Positions 1 to 10,861 are shown, numbered from the stretch's first letter. The stretch is DNA of 64,000 nt from an uncultured Actinomycetes bacterium (GCA_963825415.1 CAWGTD010000009.1:196400-260399), one strand, 5' to 3'. Numbers and translations are program-made. The notes: generated by a model not told the origin, from the sequence alone.

Positions 1-323
1 CGAGCACCTCGCTGGAGCTGCGGACGATGCTCGAGGGCGTCTTCGCCCCGGGCGGCACCGCGAGCGAGGTCTCGATCCCCGGCTACAAGCTGGCCGGCAA
101 GACCGGCACCGCCAACAAGGTCGACGCGTCGACCGGCGAGTACTCGAGCTCGCGCTACGTCGCCTCGTTCGTGGGCTTCGCGCCCGCCCTGCGGCCGCGG
201 CTGCTGACGATGATCGTCGTCGACGAGCCCCAGGGCGCGATCTACGGCGGCCAGGTCGCGGCGCCCGCGTTCGGGCAGATCATGTCGTTCGCCCTGTCCT
301 ACCTGAAGATCCCGCCCGGCTAG
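1..323 (+). CDS. ftsI: Class B penicillin-binding protein (FtsI-like transpeptidase), C-terminal fragment; the 5' end lies outside the window
   Basis: Frame 3 is open from the window edge to TAG 321-323. The product carries the KTG box (LAGKTGTANKV) of PBP transpeptidase domains. It sits directly upstream of murE, as in dcw clusters. Track ORF 27..323 is only the part after an internal Met. Confidence 0.75.
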   Translation, partial: STSLELRTMLEGVFAPGGTASEVSIPGYKLAGKTGTANKVDASTGEYSSSRYVASFVGFAPALRPRLLTMIVVDEPQGAIYGGQVAAPAFGQIMSFALSYLKIPPG

Positions 324-342
324 TGGACTAGGCTCCTCCGCC

Positions 343-1768
343 ATGACGCTCCGCGAGGTCATGGGGACCGGCGGCGACGTCGAGATCGCCCACCTGGCGC
401 ACGACACGCGCGATGTGGCGCCCGGGACGTTGTTCTTCTGCGTGCCCGGCTTCACGCGCGACGGCCACGACCTGGCGGGCGAGGCGATCGAGCGCGGCGC
501 GGTCGCGCTGGTGGTCGAGCGCCCGCTGGACCTCGGCGTGCCAGAGGTGGTCGTCGAGTCCGTACGGGCGGCGATGGCGCCGGCGGCCGCGCGCTTCTAC
601 GGCGACCCGACGGCGCGGTTGCCGGTCGTCGGCATCACCGGGACGAACGGCAAGACGACGACCGCGTTCTTGATCCGCGGGCTGCTCGAGGCGGCCGGAC
701 GGCGCTGCGGGCTGCTGGGGACGGTGACGTCGTTCGTCGGCGGCGAGCAGCGCGACATCGAGCGCACGACGCCCGAGGCGATCGCGTTGCAGGCGACGTT
801 CGCCGAGATGCTCGCCGCGGGCGACAGCGCGTGCGCGATGGAGGTCTCCTCGCACGCGCTGGCGCTGCACCGCGCCGACGCGATCCACTGGGCGGTGGCC
901 GTGTTCACCAACCTGACGCAGGATCACCTCGACTTCCATGCCGACATGGACGACTACTTCCTCGCCAAGCGGCGGCTGTTCGAGGCGAGCGAGCCTCGCA
1001 CGGTCGCGGTCGTCAACGTCGACGATCCCTACGGCGCGAAGCTGGCGGCCGACCTGCCCGACTGCGTGACCGTCGGCCTGTCCGACGCCGCGCAGCTGCG
1101 GGCGACGGACGTCGACAGCGGCGCGTCGGGGGCGAGCTTCGCCGTCGAGGGGCTCGGCCGCGTGTCGATCCCGCTCCCCGGGAGCTTCAACGTGCTCAAC
1201 GCCCTGTGCGCGATCGCCGCCGCGCGGGCGCTGGGGATCTCGGACGCCGAGATCGTCACCGCGCTGCCGCGCGCCGGCACGGTGCCCGGGCGCTTCGAGC
1301 CCGTCGACGAGGGCCAGGGCTTCGCGGTGATCGTCGACTACGCCCACACCCCGGACTCGCTGGAGAACGCGCTGCGCGCCGCGCGCGAGCTGACCAGCGG
1401 CCGGATCGTCTGCGTCTTTGGCTGCGGCGGCGACCGCGATCGCGGCAAGCGCCCGCTGATGGGCCGCGTCGCCGCCGAGCACGCAGACCACGTGATCGTG
1501 ACCTCCGACAACCCGCGCTCCGAGGATCCCGACGCGATCATCGCCGAGGTGCTCGAGGGAATCGGCTCCGAGCATCCGCGCGTCGAGGCGTTGGTCGACC
1601 GCCGCGAGGCGATCGAGCGCGCGGTCGGGCTCGCCCGGACCGGCGACGTCGTGCTGATCGCCGGCAAGGGCCACGAGCAGGGCCAGGAGTTCGCCGATGG
1701 CCTGAAGGTCGCAGTTCGACGACGTCGCGGTCGCCCGCGAGGCACTGCATGCGCGACTGGTCGCCTGA
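343..1768 (+). CDS. murE: UDP-N-acetylmuramoyl-L-alanyl-D-glutamate--2,6-diaminopimelate ligase (MurE); reading frame broken near the 3' end as given
   Basis: Track ORF 343..1800 has Mur ligase motifs (GITGTNGKTTT, DYAHTPDSL, GCGGDRDRGKRP, IAGKGHE). Its last ~30 aa are Arg-rich nonsense. A one-base shift at ~1711-1715 restores FDDVAVAREALHARLVA and a TGA at 1766-1768. Confidence 0.9.
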
Positions 1769-3043
1769 GCACGTCGCCCGGGCGGCGGGTGCGAGCCTGA
1801 TCGCGCCGGCGCCGGCGAGCGAGGGCCCGGCGCGCGCCACGATCGACTCGCGCGACGTGCGCGCCGGGGACCTGTTCGTCGGCCTGCCGGGCGCCAACGT
1901 CGACGGCGGGAGCTTCGCTGCGCAGGCGCTGGCGGACGGCGCCTGGGGCGTGCTCGTCGCCCCGCGAGCACGCCGACGCGGCGCGCTGCGCGAACCGACC
2001 CACGGCCTCCGGCCGCGTGTGCCCGGGCGTACTGCTGGCCGCCGACGACCCGCTGGTCGCTCTGCAGCGGCTCGCGACCGCGTGGCGGCGCGCGCTGGGC
2101 GCTCAGGTGATCGGCATCACCGGCTCGACCGGCAAGACGTCGACCAAGGACATCCTGTTCGGGATGCTGCGCCCGCACCGGCGCACCGTCGCGACGCGCC
2201 AGAACCTCAACACCGAGATCGGGCTGCCGCTCACGATTTTGGAGGCGCCCGGCGATACCCAGGTCCTCGTGCTGGAGATGGGGATGCGCGGCGAGGGCCA
2301 GATCGCCGAGCTGGCGCGGATCGCCGAGCCCGACGTCGGCGTGATCGTCTCGGTCGGCCCGGTCCATCTCGAGCTGATGGGCACCGTCGAGGCGGTCGCG
2401 GCGGCCAAGGCCGAGCTGCTCGCGGGGCTGCCGCCGGGCGGCACCGCGGTCGTGCCGGCGGGCGAGCCGCTGCTCGACGCGCACCTGCGCGACGACCTCG
2501 ACGTCGTGACGTTCGGCGAGGGCGGCGACGTCGCCTCGCTGGACGGCGATCGAGCTGCCGTTCGACGCCGCGCACCTGCGCCGCAACGCGATGGCGGCGC
2601 TCGCCGCCGCGCGGGCTGTCGGCGTGGAGCCGAAGGGGCCGATCGAGGTCGAGCTGTCCGATCGCCGGGGCCAGCGCGTGGAGCTCCCCGGAGGGGTGGT
2701 CATCGTGGACGACTGCTACAACGCCAACCCGATGTCGATGCGCGCCGCCCTCGACGAGCTGGCCCGTGCGCCCGGACGCCGGCTCGCCGTGCTCGGCGAC
2801 ATGCTCGAGCTGGGCCCCGACGAGGTCCGCTACCACGAGGAGATCGGCGCCTACGCCCGTGAGCGCGCCGACGTCATCGTGAGCGTCGGGCCGCTGGCGG
2901 CGCACATGGATGCCGACCACGCGGTCGACGACGCCGCGCAGGCCGCCGAGCTGGTCGGGCGGCTGATGGAGCCCGGCGACACGATCCTGGTCAAGGCGTC
3001 GCGCGGGGTCGGCCTGCAAGCGGTCGCAGAGACGCTGCGCTGA
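1749..3043 (+). CDS. murF: UDP-N-acetylmuramoyl-tripeptide--D-alanyl-D-alanine ligase (MurF); two frame breaks as given
   Basis: The protein is spread over three frames. Frame 3 from ATG 1749 gives MRDWSPEHVARAAGA..DSRDVRAGDLFVGLPG. Frame 1 from ~1962 gives GITGSTGKTSTK and more. Frame 2 from ~2548 to TGA 3041-3043 gives IELPFDAAHL..DDCYNANPMSM..LVKASRG. These pieces lie in track ORFs 831..2882, 2017..2862 and 2591..3043. Confidence 0.9.
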
Positions 3044-4011
3044 TGGGCGAGGTCCTGATCGCCGGCACGGCGGCGCTGCTCATCTGCATGTTCCTCGCGC
3101 CGAAGTTCATCGAGCTGCTGCACAACCGCGAGTTCGGCCAGCACATCCGCGAGGAGGGGCCCGAGGGCCACCACGTCAAGGCGGGCACCCCGACGATGGG
3201 CGGGATCATCCTGATGCTCGCGTTCGCGGTGCCGTTCCTGCTGCTCTCGGACTACGACTGGCGCGCCGTCGGCGTGTTCAGCACCGCGCTGGCGTGTGCG
3301 TTGCTGGGCTTCGCCGACGACTACACGAAGATCGTCAAGCGGCGTTCGCTGGGCCTGCGCGCGCGGACGAAGCTGATCGTGACCGTGGCGATCTCGGTGT
3401 GGCTGTGGTGGGTGGCCACGCACAAGGCCAACCTCCCCGACACGCTGCGCCTGCACATCATCGACGCCCAGATCGGCGTCGGGTGGGTCTACCCGCTCGT
3501 CATCTACCTCGTGGTGGCGGGAACGACCAGCGCGGTCAACCTCACAGACGGCCTCGACGGCCTCGCCGGCGGCTGCGCGGCGATCGTCGGGCTCGCCTAC
3601 ATCGGGATCACGTTCATCACGCCGGACTCGCGCGATCTCGCCCTGCTGAGCTCCTGTCTGGTCGGCTCGTGTGTGGGCTTCCTCTGGTTCAACGCCTTCC
3701 CGGCGACGATCTTCATGGGCGACACGGGGTCGCTCGGGTTAGGAGGCGCGCTCGCGGGCCTGGCTGTGATGACGCGCACCGAGGTGCTGCTGATCCTCCT
3801 CGGCGGGATCTTCGTCGTCGAGGCGCTGAGCGTCCTGATCCAGGTCTTCTCGTTCCAGGCCTTCCGCAAGCGGGTCTTCCTGATGGCGCCGGTCCACCAT
3901 CACTTCGAGCTGATGGCCTGGTCGGAGACGAAGATCATCCTGCGCTTCTGGATCGTGGCGGCGATCTGCGCCGCGATCGGCTTCACGATCTACCAGCAGT
4001 CGCTGGGGTAG
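3043..4011 (+). CDS. mraY: Phospho-N-acetylmuramoyl-pentapeptide transferase (MraY)
   Basis: Intact 322-aa ORF with multiple TM segments and MraY motifs (GTPTMGG, NLTDGLDGLA, MGDTGSLGLGG, APVHHHFE). Its ATG overlaps the murF stop by 1 nt. Confidence 0.95.
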   Translation: MGEVLIAGTAALLICMFLAPKFIELLHNREFGQHIREEGPEGHHVKAGTPTMGGIILMLAFAVPFLLLSDYDWRAVGVFSTALACALLGFADDYTKIVKRRSLGLRARTKLIVTVAISVWLWWVATHKANLPDTLRLHIIDAQIGVGWVYPLVIYLVVAGTTSAVNLTDGLDGLAGGCAAIVGLAYIGITFITPDSRDLALLSSCLVGSCVGFLWFNAFPATIFMGDTGSLGLGGALAGLAVMTRTEVLLILLGGIFVVEALSVLIQVFSFQAFRKRVFLMAPVHHHFELMAWSETKIILRFWIVAAICAAIGFTIYQQSLG

Positions 4012-4017
4012 CGCGCG

Positions 4018-5239
4018 TTGTCCGGGCGCCCGGCACTCCCCGGCGGGCCGTATCTCGTGGTCGGGCTTGCCCGGTCGGGCCTCTCGGCGCTGCGAACGCT
4101 GCGGACGCTGGGCGAGGACGCGGTCGGCGTCGACTCCGGGCGCCCGCCGGTCGAGCTTCCGGGCGTGCACCTCGGGGTCGACGGCGTGGAGCTGCTCGAC
4201 GACGCGAAGACCGTCGTCAAGTCGCCGGGGGTCCCCGCCGAGGTGCCGGTCGTGGCCGCGGCGCGCGAGCGCGGACTGACGGTGCTCGGCGAGCTCGAGC
4301 TGGCGTGGCGGCTGCTCGACGGCCACGAGTTCGTCGCCGTCACCGGCACGAACGGCAAGACGACGACGAGCGAGCTGATCGGCCACATCCACCGCGAGGC
4401 CGGCGTGCCGGTCGCCGTGGCGGGCAACGTCGGCACGCCCGCGACGCTCGCTGATCGGTGCCCTCGAGCCGGGCGCGGTGGTGGTCTGCGAGGCCTCCTC
4501 GTTCCAGCTCGAGGACACGATCGAGTTCGCACCCGACGCCGCGGTGCTGCTCAACATCGAGCCCGACCACCTCGACCGCCACGGCACGTTCGAGCGCTAC
4601 CGCGAGGCCAAGCTGCAGGCCTTCGCCCGGCAGGGACCCGACGACCTGGCCGTGGCCGACCCGCGGATGGCTCTGCCGGACACCCCGGCCCGCCGCGTGG
4701 GCCCGGCGGACGTGGCCGGCTGGGAGCTCGCGCTGCGCGGCGACCACAACCGGCGCAACGCGGCCTTCGCCGCCGCGGTCTGCCTGGCGCGCGGGATCGA
4801 CGAGGCGGGCGTGCGCGCGGGCCTGCGCACGTTCGGCGGCGTCGAGCATCGCCTCGAGGAGGTCGCCCGCCACGACGGCGTCCTCTACGTCAACGACTCC
4901 AAGGCGACGAACGTCGCCGCGACGCTCACCGCGCTGGCCGCGTTCGCCGCGCCGGTGCACCTGATCCTCGGCGGGCGCGGCAAGGGCGAGGACTACACCG
5001 TGCTCAGCGACGCCGCCCAGCAGTGCGCCGGGGTGTACCTGATCGGCGAGGACGGCCGCGCGATCCTCGACGCGATCGGGACGGGGTGGTGGTGCGGCGA
5101 TCTGGAGCGGGCGGTCGGTGCGGCGCGGGCGGTCGCGCGGCCCGGCGACGTGGTCCTGCTGTCGCCCGCGTGCACGAGCTTCGACGCCTATGACGACTTC
5201 GAGGCTCGGGGCCGGCACTTCAAGGAGTTGGTGGGCTGA
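4018..5239 (+). CDS. murD: UDP-N-acetylmuramoylalanine--D-glutamate ligase (MurD); one frame break as given
   Basis: Frame 1 from TTG 4018 gives GLARSGLSA and VTGTNGKTTT, then turns to nonsense after ~4445. Frame 2 (track ORF 4478..5239) continues with SLIGALEPGAVVVCEASSFQLED..NDSKATN..SPACTSFD. Confidence 0.9.
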
Positions 5240-5256
5240 CGGCGAACTAGAGCCTG

Positions 5257-6517
5257 ATGGCCAAGCGCGCCGCCGCCCGCGCAAGGAAGCCCCGGGCCCG
5301 AGGGGCGAAGTCGGCTGCCGCAAAGCCGATCGAGCACAACATCCTGCTCACCGCGACTTTGTGCCTGCTCGCCGCCGGCGCGGTGATGGTCTACAGCGCC
5401 TCCTCGGCGCGCACTCTGCTCCAGGGCAACAGCGACGCGACCACGTACCTGGTGCGCTACCTGGTCTACGGCGGCATCGGCCTCGTGGCGATGCACATGC
5501 TGTCGCGGCGCGGCCTCGACGCGGTCGCCAAGCTCAGCGGGCCGCTGCTGATCGCCGCGTTCGTCGGGCTTGGTCGCCGTGAAGCTGCCGGGCATCGGCG
5601 TGGAGGTCAACGGCGCGAAGCGCTGGATCGGCGCCGGCCCGCTGCAGTTCCAGCCGTCCGAGCTGGCCAAGCTGGCGCTGATCCTGCACTCGGTGCGCTT
5701 CCTGGCCGAGAAGCCGCAGCGGATCAACACGCCACGGCTGCTGATGCCGCTGTTCGGCGTGGTCGGCCTCGCCTGCCTGCTGATCGCCTCCGAGCCCGAC
5801 CTCGGCACCGCGCTGGTCGTCGCATTCACGCTCTGCTGTCTGCTGCTGGCCGCGGGCATGCCGATGCGCTACCTGCTCGGCGGGTTGGCGATCGGCGTCG
5901 TGGTCGTGGCGCTGTTCGCGGTGATCGAGCCCTACCGGCGGGCGCGGCTGACCGCGTTCCTCGATCCGTGGTCGCACGCGAGCGACTCGGGTTTCCAGGC
6001 GGTGCAGGGGCAGATCGCGATGGGCTCCGGCGGCTTCACGGGCGTCGGGCTCGGCCAATCGGTCCAGAAGATCTTCTATCTGCCCGAGGCCCACACCGAC
6101 TTCATCCTGGCGGTCGTCGGCGAGGAGCTGGGCGTGATCGGCGTCAGCGCGCTGCTGTTCCTCTACGGCCTGATCGCCTACGCCGGCCTGCGCGTCGCCC
6201 AGCGGGCCAAGGGCCTCTACGCGCAGCTGCTGGCGGTGGGCGTCACGTCGCTGATCCTCTGCCAGGCCTCGCTGAACGTGTTCGCGGTGCTCGGCCTGGC
6301 GCCGCTCACCGGCGTGCCGCTGCCGTTCATCTCCTACGGCTCGTCGAACCTGCTCGTGCTGCTGGCGGCCATGGGGCTGCTGCTGAACGTCGCCGACGGC
6401 GGGAAGGTCCGCCTGCGGCTCGTGGAAGGATCGCGCGATGCGCGTGGTGATCGCGGCCGGGGGAACGGCCGGGCACGTGGTTCCGGCCCTGGCGGTCGCA
6501 GACGAGCTACGGGCTGA
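5257..6517 (+). CDS. ftsW: SEDS family cell-division protein FtsW (peptidoglycan glycosyltransferase); one frame break as given
   Basis: Frame 1 (5257..) carries a basic N-terminus plus TM helices. Frame 2 from ~5567 (track ORF 5570..6517) carries SEDS motifs (PSELAKLALIL, EPDLGTA, YLPEAHTDFILAVVGEELG, LPFISYGSSN). The 3' end is uncertain: the last ~25 aa are Arg/Gly-rich and overlap murG by 80 nt. Confidence 0.85.
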
Positions 6518-7493
6518 GGGCGCCGAGGTCCGCTTCGTCGGCGGCCAGCGGGCCGAGCTCGAGCTCGTGCCCGGCGCCGGCTACGAGCTCGACGTGCTGG
6601 CCGTCGAGGGCCTGAGCCGGACGAACCCGTTGCGCGCCGCCCGCGCCGTCGCCAAAGCGGCCGCGGCGGTGGTGCGCAGCGTCCGGCTGTTGCGCCGCGA
6701 GCGCCCGGACGCGGTGATGGGCGGCGGTGGCTACGTGGCGGGGCCCGTGGGGCTGGCCGCCGTGCTGCTGCGCATCCCGCTGGTGCTGACCGAGGCCGAC
6801 AGTCATCTCGGCGTCGCCAATCGCCTGCTCGCGCCGTTCGCGCGCCGCGTGTTCCTGGCGTTCCCGATCGCCGGCCGCGACGGCGATCGCTACTGGGTGA
6901 CCGGCCGGCCCGTGCCGGAGCCCTGTACGGACCGCGACGCCGCGCGCGCCGGGCTCGGCATCGACGCCGACGAGACCTGCGTGCTCGTCTTCGGCGGCTC
7001 GCTCGGCGCCCGGCGGATCAACGAGGCGGCGGTCGACGCGTTCGCCGCCGCGCCCTTCCGCGTGCTGCACGCGTGCGGGACGCGCGACCACGCCGAGCTC
7101 GCCGCGCGGCTGGGCGATCCGCCGCCGGCCAACTACGACCTGCGCCCGTTCATCAGCCCGTTCGCGCCCGCGCTGGCGGCAGCTGACCTGGTGGTCGCGC
7201 GCGCGGGCGGTTCGATCTTCGAGATCGCGGCCCACGGCCGGCCCGCGCTGCTCGTGCCCTATCCGCACGCGACCGCCGACCACCAGGCGGCCAACGCCCG
7301 CTGGATGGTCGACGGCGGCGCGGCGGTCGTCGTGCCCGACGACGAGCTGACCGCCGAACGGCTCGCGCGCGAGGTCGGGGATCTGCTGGCGGACCGCTCG
7401 CGCCTGGCGGCGATGGCGAACGCCTCGGCGAGCCTCGCGCGGCCGGACGCGGCCCGCGCGGTGGCCCGCGAGTTGCTGGGTGGCACGCCGTGA
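6438..7493 (+). CDS. murG: UDP-N-acetylglucosamine--N-acetylmuramyl-(pentapeptide) pyrophosphoryl-undecaprenol GlcNAc transferase (MurG)
   Basis: Intact 351-aa ORF. N-terminal GGTAGHVVPALAVA, C-terminal HQAANA region. Position in the dcw cluster fits. Confidence 0.93.
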   Translation: MRVVIAAGGTAGHVVPALAVADELRAEGAEVRFVGGQRAELELVPGAGYELDVLAVEGLSRTNPLRAARAVAKAAAAVVRSVRLLRRERPDAVMGGGGYVAGPVGLAAVLLRIPLVLTEADSHLGVANRLLAPFARRVFLAFPIAGRDGDRYWVTGRPVPEPCTDRDAARAGLGIDADETCVLVFGGSLGARRINEAAVDAFAAAPFRVLHACGTRDHAELAARLGDPPPANYDLRPFISPFAPALAAADLVVARAGGSIFEIAAHGRPALLVPYPHATADHQAANARWMVDGGAAVVVPDDELTAERLAREVGDLLADRSRLAAMANASASLARPDAARAVARELLGGTP

Positions 7494-8816
7494 CCAGCTC
7501 GCCACCCTGGGAGGGGCGCCGCCTGCACGTCGTCGGGCTGGGCGGCGCCGGCATGAGCGCCTACGCGCTGGCGGCACACGCGCTCGGCGCCACGGTGACG
7601 GGCTCCGATGCGGCGCCGTCGGCCTACCTGGATCGCGTCCGCGCGGCCGGGATCGACGTGGCGATCGGCCACGACGCGGCCAACGTCCCGGCCGGCGACG
7701 ACGTCGAGGTCGTCCACTCCACCGCGATCCCCGACGACAACCCCGAGCGCGCCGAGGCACGCCGCCGCGGGTTGCCGGACCGCTCCCGGGCAGACCTCCT
7801 CGGCGAGCTCACCCGCCTGCGTCGCGTCATCGCGATCGCCGGGGCGCACGGCAAGACCACGACAGCCGCGATGGTGGCGCACGCGCTGCTGGAGTGCGGC
7901 CTTGACCCGGGTTATCTGATCGGCGGCGAGGTGCGCAGCACCGGCGCCAACGCCGCCTGGGGGACGGGGGAGTGGTTGGTCGTCGAGGCGGACGAGTCTG
8001 ATCGCTCGATGCTCGCGCTCGACGTCGACGTCGCCGTGCTCACCAACGTCGACCTCGACCATCACGTCACCTACGGCTCGCTGGCCGCGCTCGAGGACGC
8101 ATTCCGTGCGTTCCTCGCGGGCGCCGAGCAGCGCGTGGTGGCGCCGGGGCTCGAGCGTCTGGCGCCGGAGGGGGCGCACACGTTCGCTCCGCAGGAGCTC
8201 GAGCTCTCGTCCGGGGGCTCGCGGTTCGTCGCCGAGGGCGTGGAGGTTCGCCTCAAGGTGCCCGGCGAGCACAACGCCCGCAACGCGGCCGCGGCGCTGG
8301 CGGCGTGCCGGCTGGCGGGCGCCGATCCGACTCGGGCCGCCGCGGCGCTCGGGAGGGTTTCGCGGCGCCGGCCGCCGCTTCGAGCAGCTCGGGCAGACGG
8401 CCTCCGGCGCGCTGGTCGTCGACGACTACGCCCATCACCCCACCGAGCTGCGGGCGGCGATCGCCGCCGCTCGCACGCTGGAGCCGCGCCGGGTCGTGGC
8501 CGTCTTCCAGCCGCACCTGTTCTCGCGCACCGCCCATCTGGCGACCGAGTTCGGGGCGGCCCTCGCCACGGCCGAGACGGCCTGCGTGCTCGACGTCTAC
8601 CCGGCCCGCGAGCGCGCCGAGGACTTCCCCGGCGTCAGCGGGCTGCTGGTTGCCGAATCCGCCGCCGACCACGCCGGCGGCAAGGAGATTCTCTGGCTTC
8701 CGAGCTTCGCCGACGCCGAGCCCGCCCTGCGCGCACGCCTGCGCGAGGGCGACGTCTGCCTCATCCTCGGCGCAGGCGACGTCGACGAGCTCGGCCGCCG
8801 GCTCGTGGCGGCCTAG
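7490..8816 (+). CDS. murC: UDP-N-acetylmuramate--L-alanine ligase (MurC); one frame break as given
   Basis: Frame 2 from GTG 7490 (GTGA overlap with the murG stop) gives GLGGAGMSAYA, GAHGKTTT and EADESDRS. After ~8352 the sense continues in frame 3 (track ORF 8106..8816) with GFRGAGRRFE..VVDDYAHHPTE..FQPHLFSRT. Confidence 0.9.
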
Positions 8817-9859
8817 GGATTCCAGTCGAAGCCGACCAGCACGGGCTCAGGGGCGAGCTCGATCTGGAACACCTCGCTGACGCCGCTTGCGATCTCATAC
8901 GCCAGCGCGAGCAGCTCGCTCGTCGTGCCGGCCCCGCGGTTGGTCAGCGCCAGCGTGTGCTTGTCCGAGATCGCGATGCCGTCGGGATTGCCGTAGCCGC
9001 GGCTGAACCCGGCATGTTCGATCAGCCACGCCGCCGGGACCTTGACGCGGCCCGCGGCCGGCCATGACGGTGGGGGAGGGTCTCCGGCGCGCGCCCGCAG
9101 CTCGCCGTAATGGGCCTCCGTCAGGATCGGATTGGTGAAGAACGAGCCGGCGCTGACCGAATCGGGGTCGGCGGGGTCGAGCACCATGCCCTTGGCCCGG
9201 CGCAGGCCCAGGACCGTCTCGCGCACGGCGGCCAGCGGCGCGCCGGTGCCGAGCTCGACGCCCAGGGCGCCGGCCAGCTCGCCGTAGCGCACCGGGCGCG
9301 AGGCGTCCGAGCGCTGCAGCGCGTAGCTGACCGACAGCACGACCCAGCGGCCCGGCTCGCGCTTGAAGACGCTGGAGCGGTAGCGAAAGCCGCAGTCCTC
9401 GGGCCCGAGCTCGTCGATCTCATCGCGAGCGCGGTCGAGCACCCGGACCCCCACCAGCGTGTCGGCCACCTCCTGGCCGTAGGCACCGACGTTCTGGATC
9501 GGGGTGGCGCCCACCGACCCGGGGATCCCGGCGAGGCACTCGAAGCCGCTGAGCCCGGTCTCGACCGCACGTGCGACGAGCGGATCCCACGGCTCGCCTG
9601 CCTGTACGTCGAGCCGCACGATGCCCCCGGTGAGCACGTGCTCCTCGACGCCGCGGGTCAGGATGCGCACGACCGTCCCGGGGAAGCCCTCGTCGGCGAC
9701 CACGAGATTGCTCCCGCCCGCCATGAGGAGCAGCGGCTCGCGGGCCGCGTCGGCCTCGCGCACGAGCGCGACGAGCTCTTCCTCGCCGCTCGCATCGACC
9801 AGCCTGCGTGGCGGCCCGCCGAGACGCAGGGTGGTCAGCTCGCTCAGCGGCACCGGCAC
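8813..9859 (-). CDS. murB: UDP-N-acetylenolpyruvoylglucosamine reductase (MurB)
   Basis: The C-terminal ~350 aa of track ORF 8813..10159 are MurB-like (LTTLRLGGP, AGGSNLVV, GSVGATPIQNVGAYG, AGSFFTNP, ALTNRG). The upstream 100 aa are Arg-rich and overlap ftsQ, so I place the start at the in-frame GTG 9857-9859. It is on the opposite strand to the rest of the dcw cluster. Confidence 0.88.
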   Translation of the reverse strand: MPVPLSELTTLRLGGPPRRLVDASGEEELVALVREADAAREPLLLMAGGSNLVVADEGFPGTVVRILTRGVEEHVLTGGIVRLDVQAGEPWDPLVARAVETGLSGFECLAGIPGSVGATPIQNVGAYGQEVADTLVGVRVLDRARDEIDELGPEDCGFRYRSSVFKREPGRWVVLSVSYALQRSDASRPVRYGELAGALGVELGTGAPLAAVRETVLGLRRAKGMVLDPADPDSVSAGSFFTNPILTEAHYGELRARAGDPPPPSWPAAGRVKVPAAWLIEHAGFSRGYGNPDGIAISDKHTLALTNRGAGTTSELLALAYEIASGVSEVFQIELAPEPVLVGFDWNP

Positions 9860-9901
9860 GGCTCCAACGCTATTGGCGCTGTCGGAGGACGCGGGGCCTC
9901 G

Positions 9902-10861
9902 ATGTCGAACTCCCTCGTGATGCGCCGGTTGCCGGCCCGCCTGCCCCACCTCCCTCTGCACCGGATACCAGCCCCCTCGCGCCGTACGGTCGCCGGCGCG
10001 CTGGTGACCCTGGCGATCCTGATCCCGCTGGGCTTCTGGGCTCGCGACTCTTCGCTGGTCGCCGTGCGCAACGTGGATGTCACCGGCGTCAGCGGCCCGC
10101 AGGCCGCTCAGGTCCGCCAGGCGATCAGCGACGCGGCGCAGGGGATGAGCACGCTGCACGTCGACACGGGGCGCCTACGCGACGCGCTCGCCCCCTACGC
10201 GATCGTCGACGACATCGTGGTGCACCGCGACTTCCCGCACACGCTCGACGTCACGGTGCGCCAGTACGTGCCCGTCGGCGCGTTGGCCCTCGGCGCCAGA
10301 CGGGTGCCGGTCGCGGCTGACGGCACGATCCTCAACGGAACCCTGACCAAGGGGTTGCCCCTGATTCCGGTCGGAGCGCCGCCCGGAGGCGACCGCCTGG
10401 TCGAGAAGCGCGCGCTGCGGCTCGTCGGGCTGCTTGCCGCGGCGCCCACGCCGCTGCGGCGACGCGTCATCCGGGTGGGATACGGCCCGCACGGCCTGGC
10501 CGCCCGCCTCAGCAGGGGCCCGATCCTGTATTTCGGCTCCGACACGCGCCTTCGGGCCAAATGGCTCGCCGCAGCCCGTGTTCTGGGCGATTACACATCG
10601 CGCGGGACCACGTATCTGGACCTGAGAGTGCCCGAACGCCCCGCGGCCGGCGGCCTGGTGGCTCCGCCGCAGCCGGCGCCGGCGCCTGAGCCCGTCACGC
10701 CGCCCACGGAAACCACGCCAACAGCGGCTCCAGCAGCCGCCGCGGCGGCGACTCCGGCGACAACTCCCGCAACTCCCACCACAACCACGACCCCCGCAAC
10801 CACGACTACAACGGCCCCGACAGCCCTCAACCCTCAACCACAGGTCCAGACTACTCCCTAG
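9902..10861 (+). CDS. ftsQ: Cell division protein FtsQ/DivIB (POTRA domain) with a Pro/Thr/Ala-rich C-terminal tail
   Basis: ATG 9902 lies inside track ORF 9110..10861. The product has a short cytoplasmic N-terminus, one TM helix (AGALVTLAILIPLGFW), a POTRA-like VRNVDVTGV..V and an FtsQ-type domain. It sits between murB and ftsZ. Confidence 0.8.
   Translation: MSNSLVMRRLPARLPHLPLHRIPAPSRRTVAGALVTLAILIPLGFWARDSSLVAVRNVDVTGVSGPQAAQVRQAISDAAQGMSTLHVDTGRLRDALAPYAIVDDIVVHRDFPHTLDVTVRQYVPVGALALGARRVPVAADGTILNGTLTKGLPLIPVGAPPGGDRLVEKRALRLVGLLAAAPTPLRRRVIRVGYGPHGLAARLSRGPILYFGSDTRLRAKWLAAARVLGDYTSRGTTYLDLRVPERPAAGGLVAPPQPAPAPEPVTPPTETTPTAAPAAAAAATPATTPATPTTTTTPATTTTTAPTALNPQPQVQTTP

Noticed and set aside
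343-8816. Frame breaks in murE, murF, murD, ftsW and murC considered as genuine pseudogenisation or programmed frameshifting.
   Set aside because: These genes are essential. The breaks show no slippery-site pattern, no accompanying stops or deletions, and are restricted to one part of the window. Sequence error is far more parsimonious. It is still flagged as a finding so that it can be verified.
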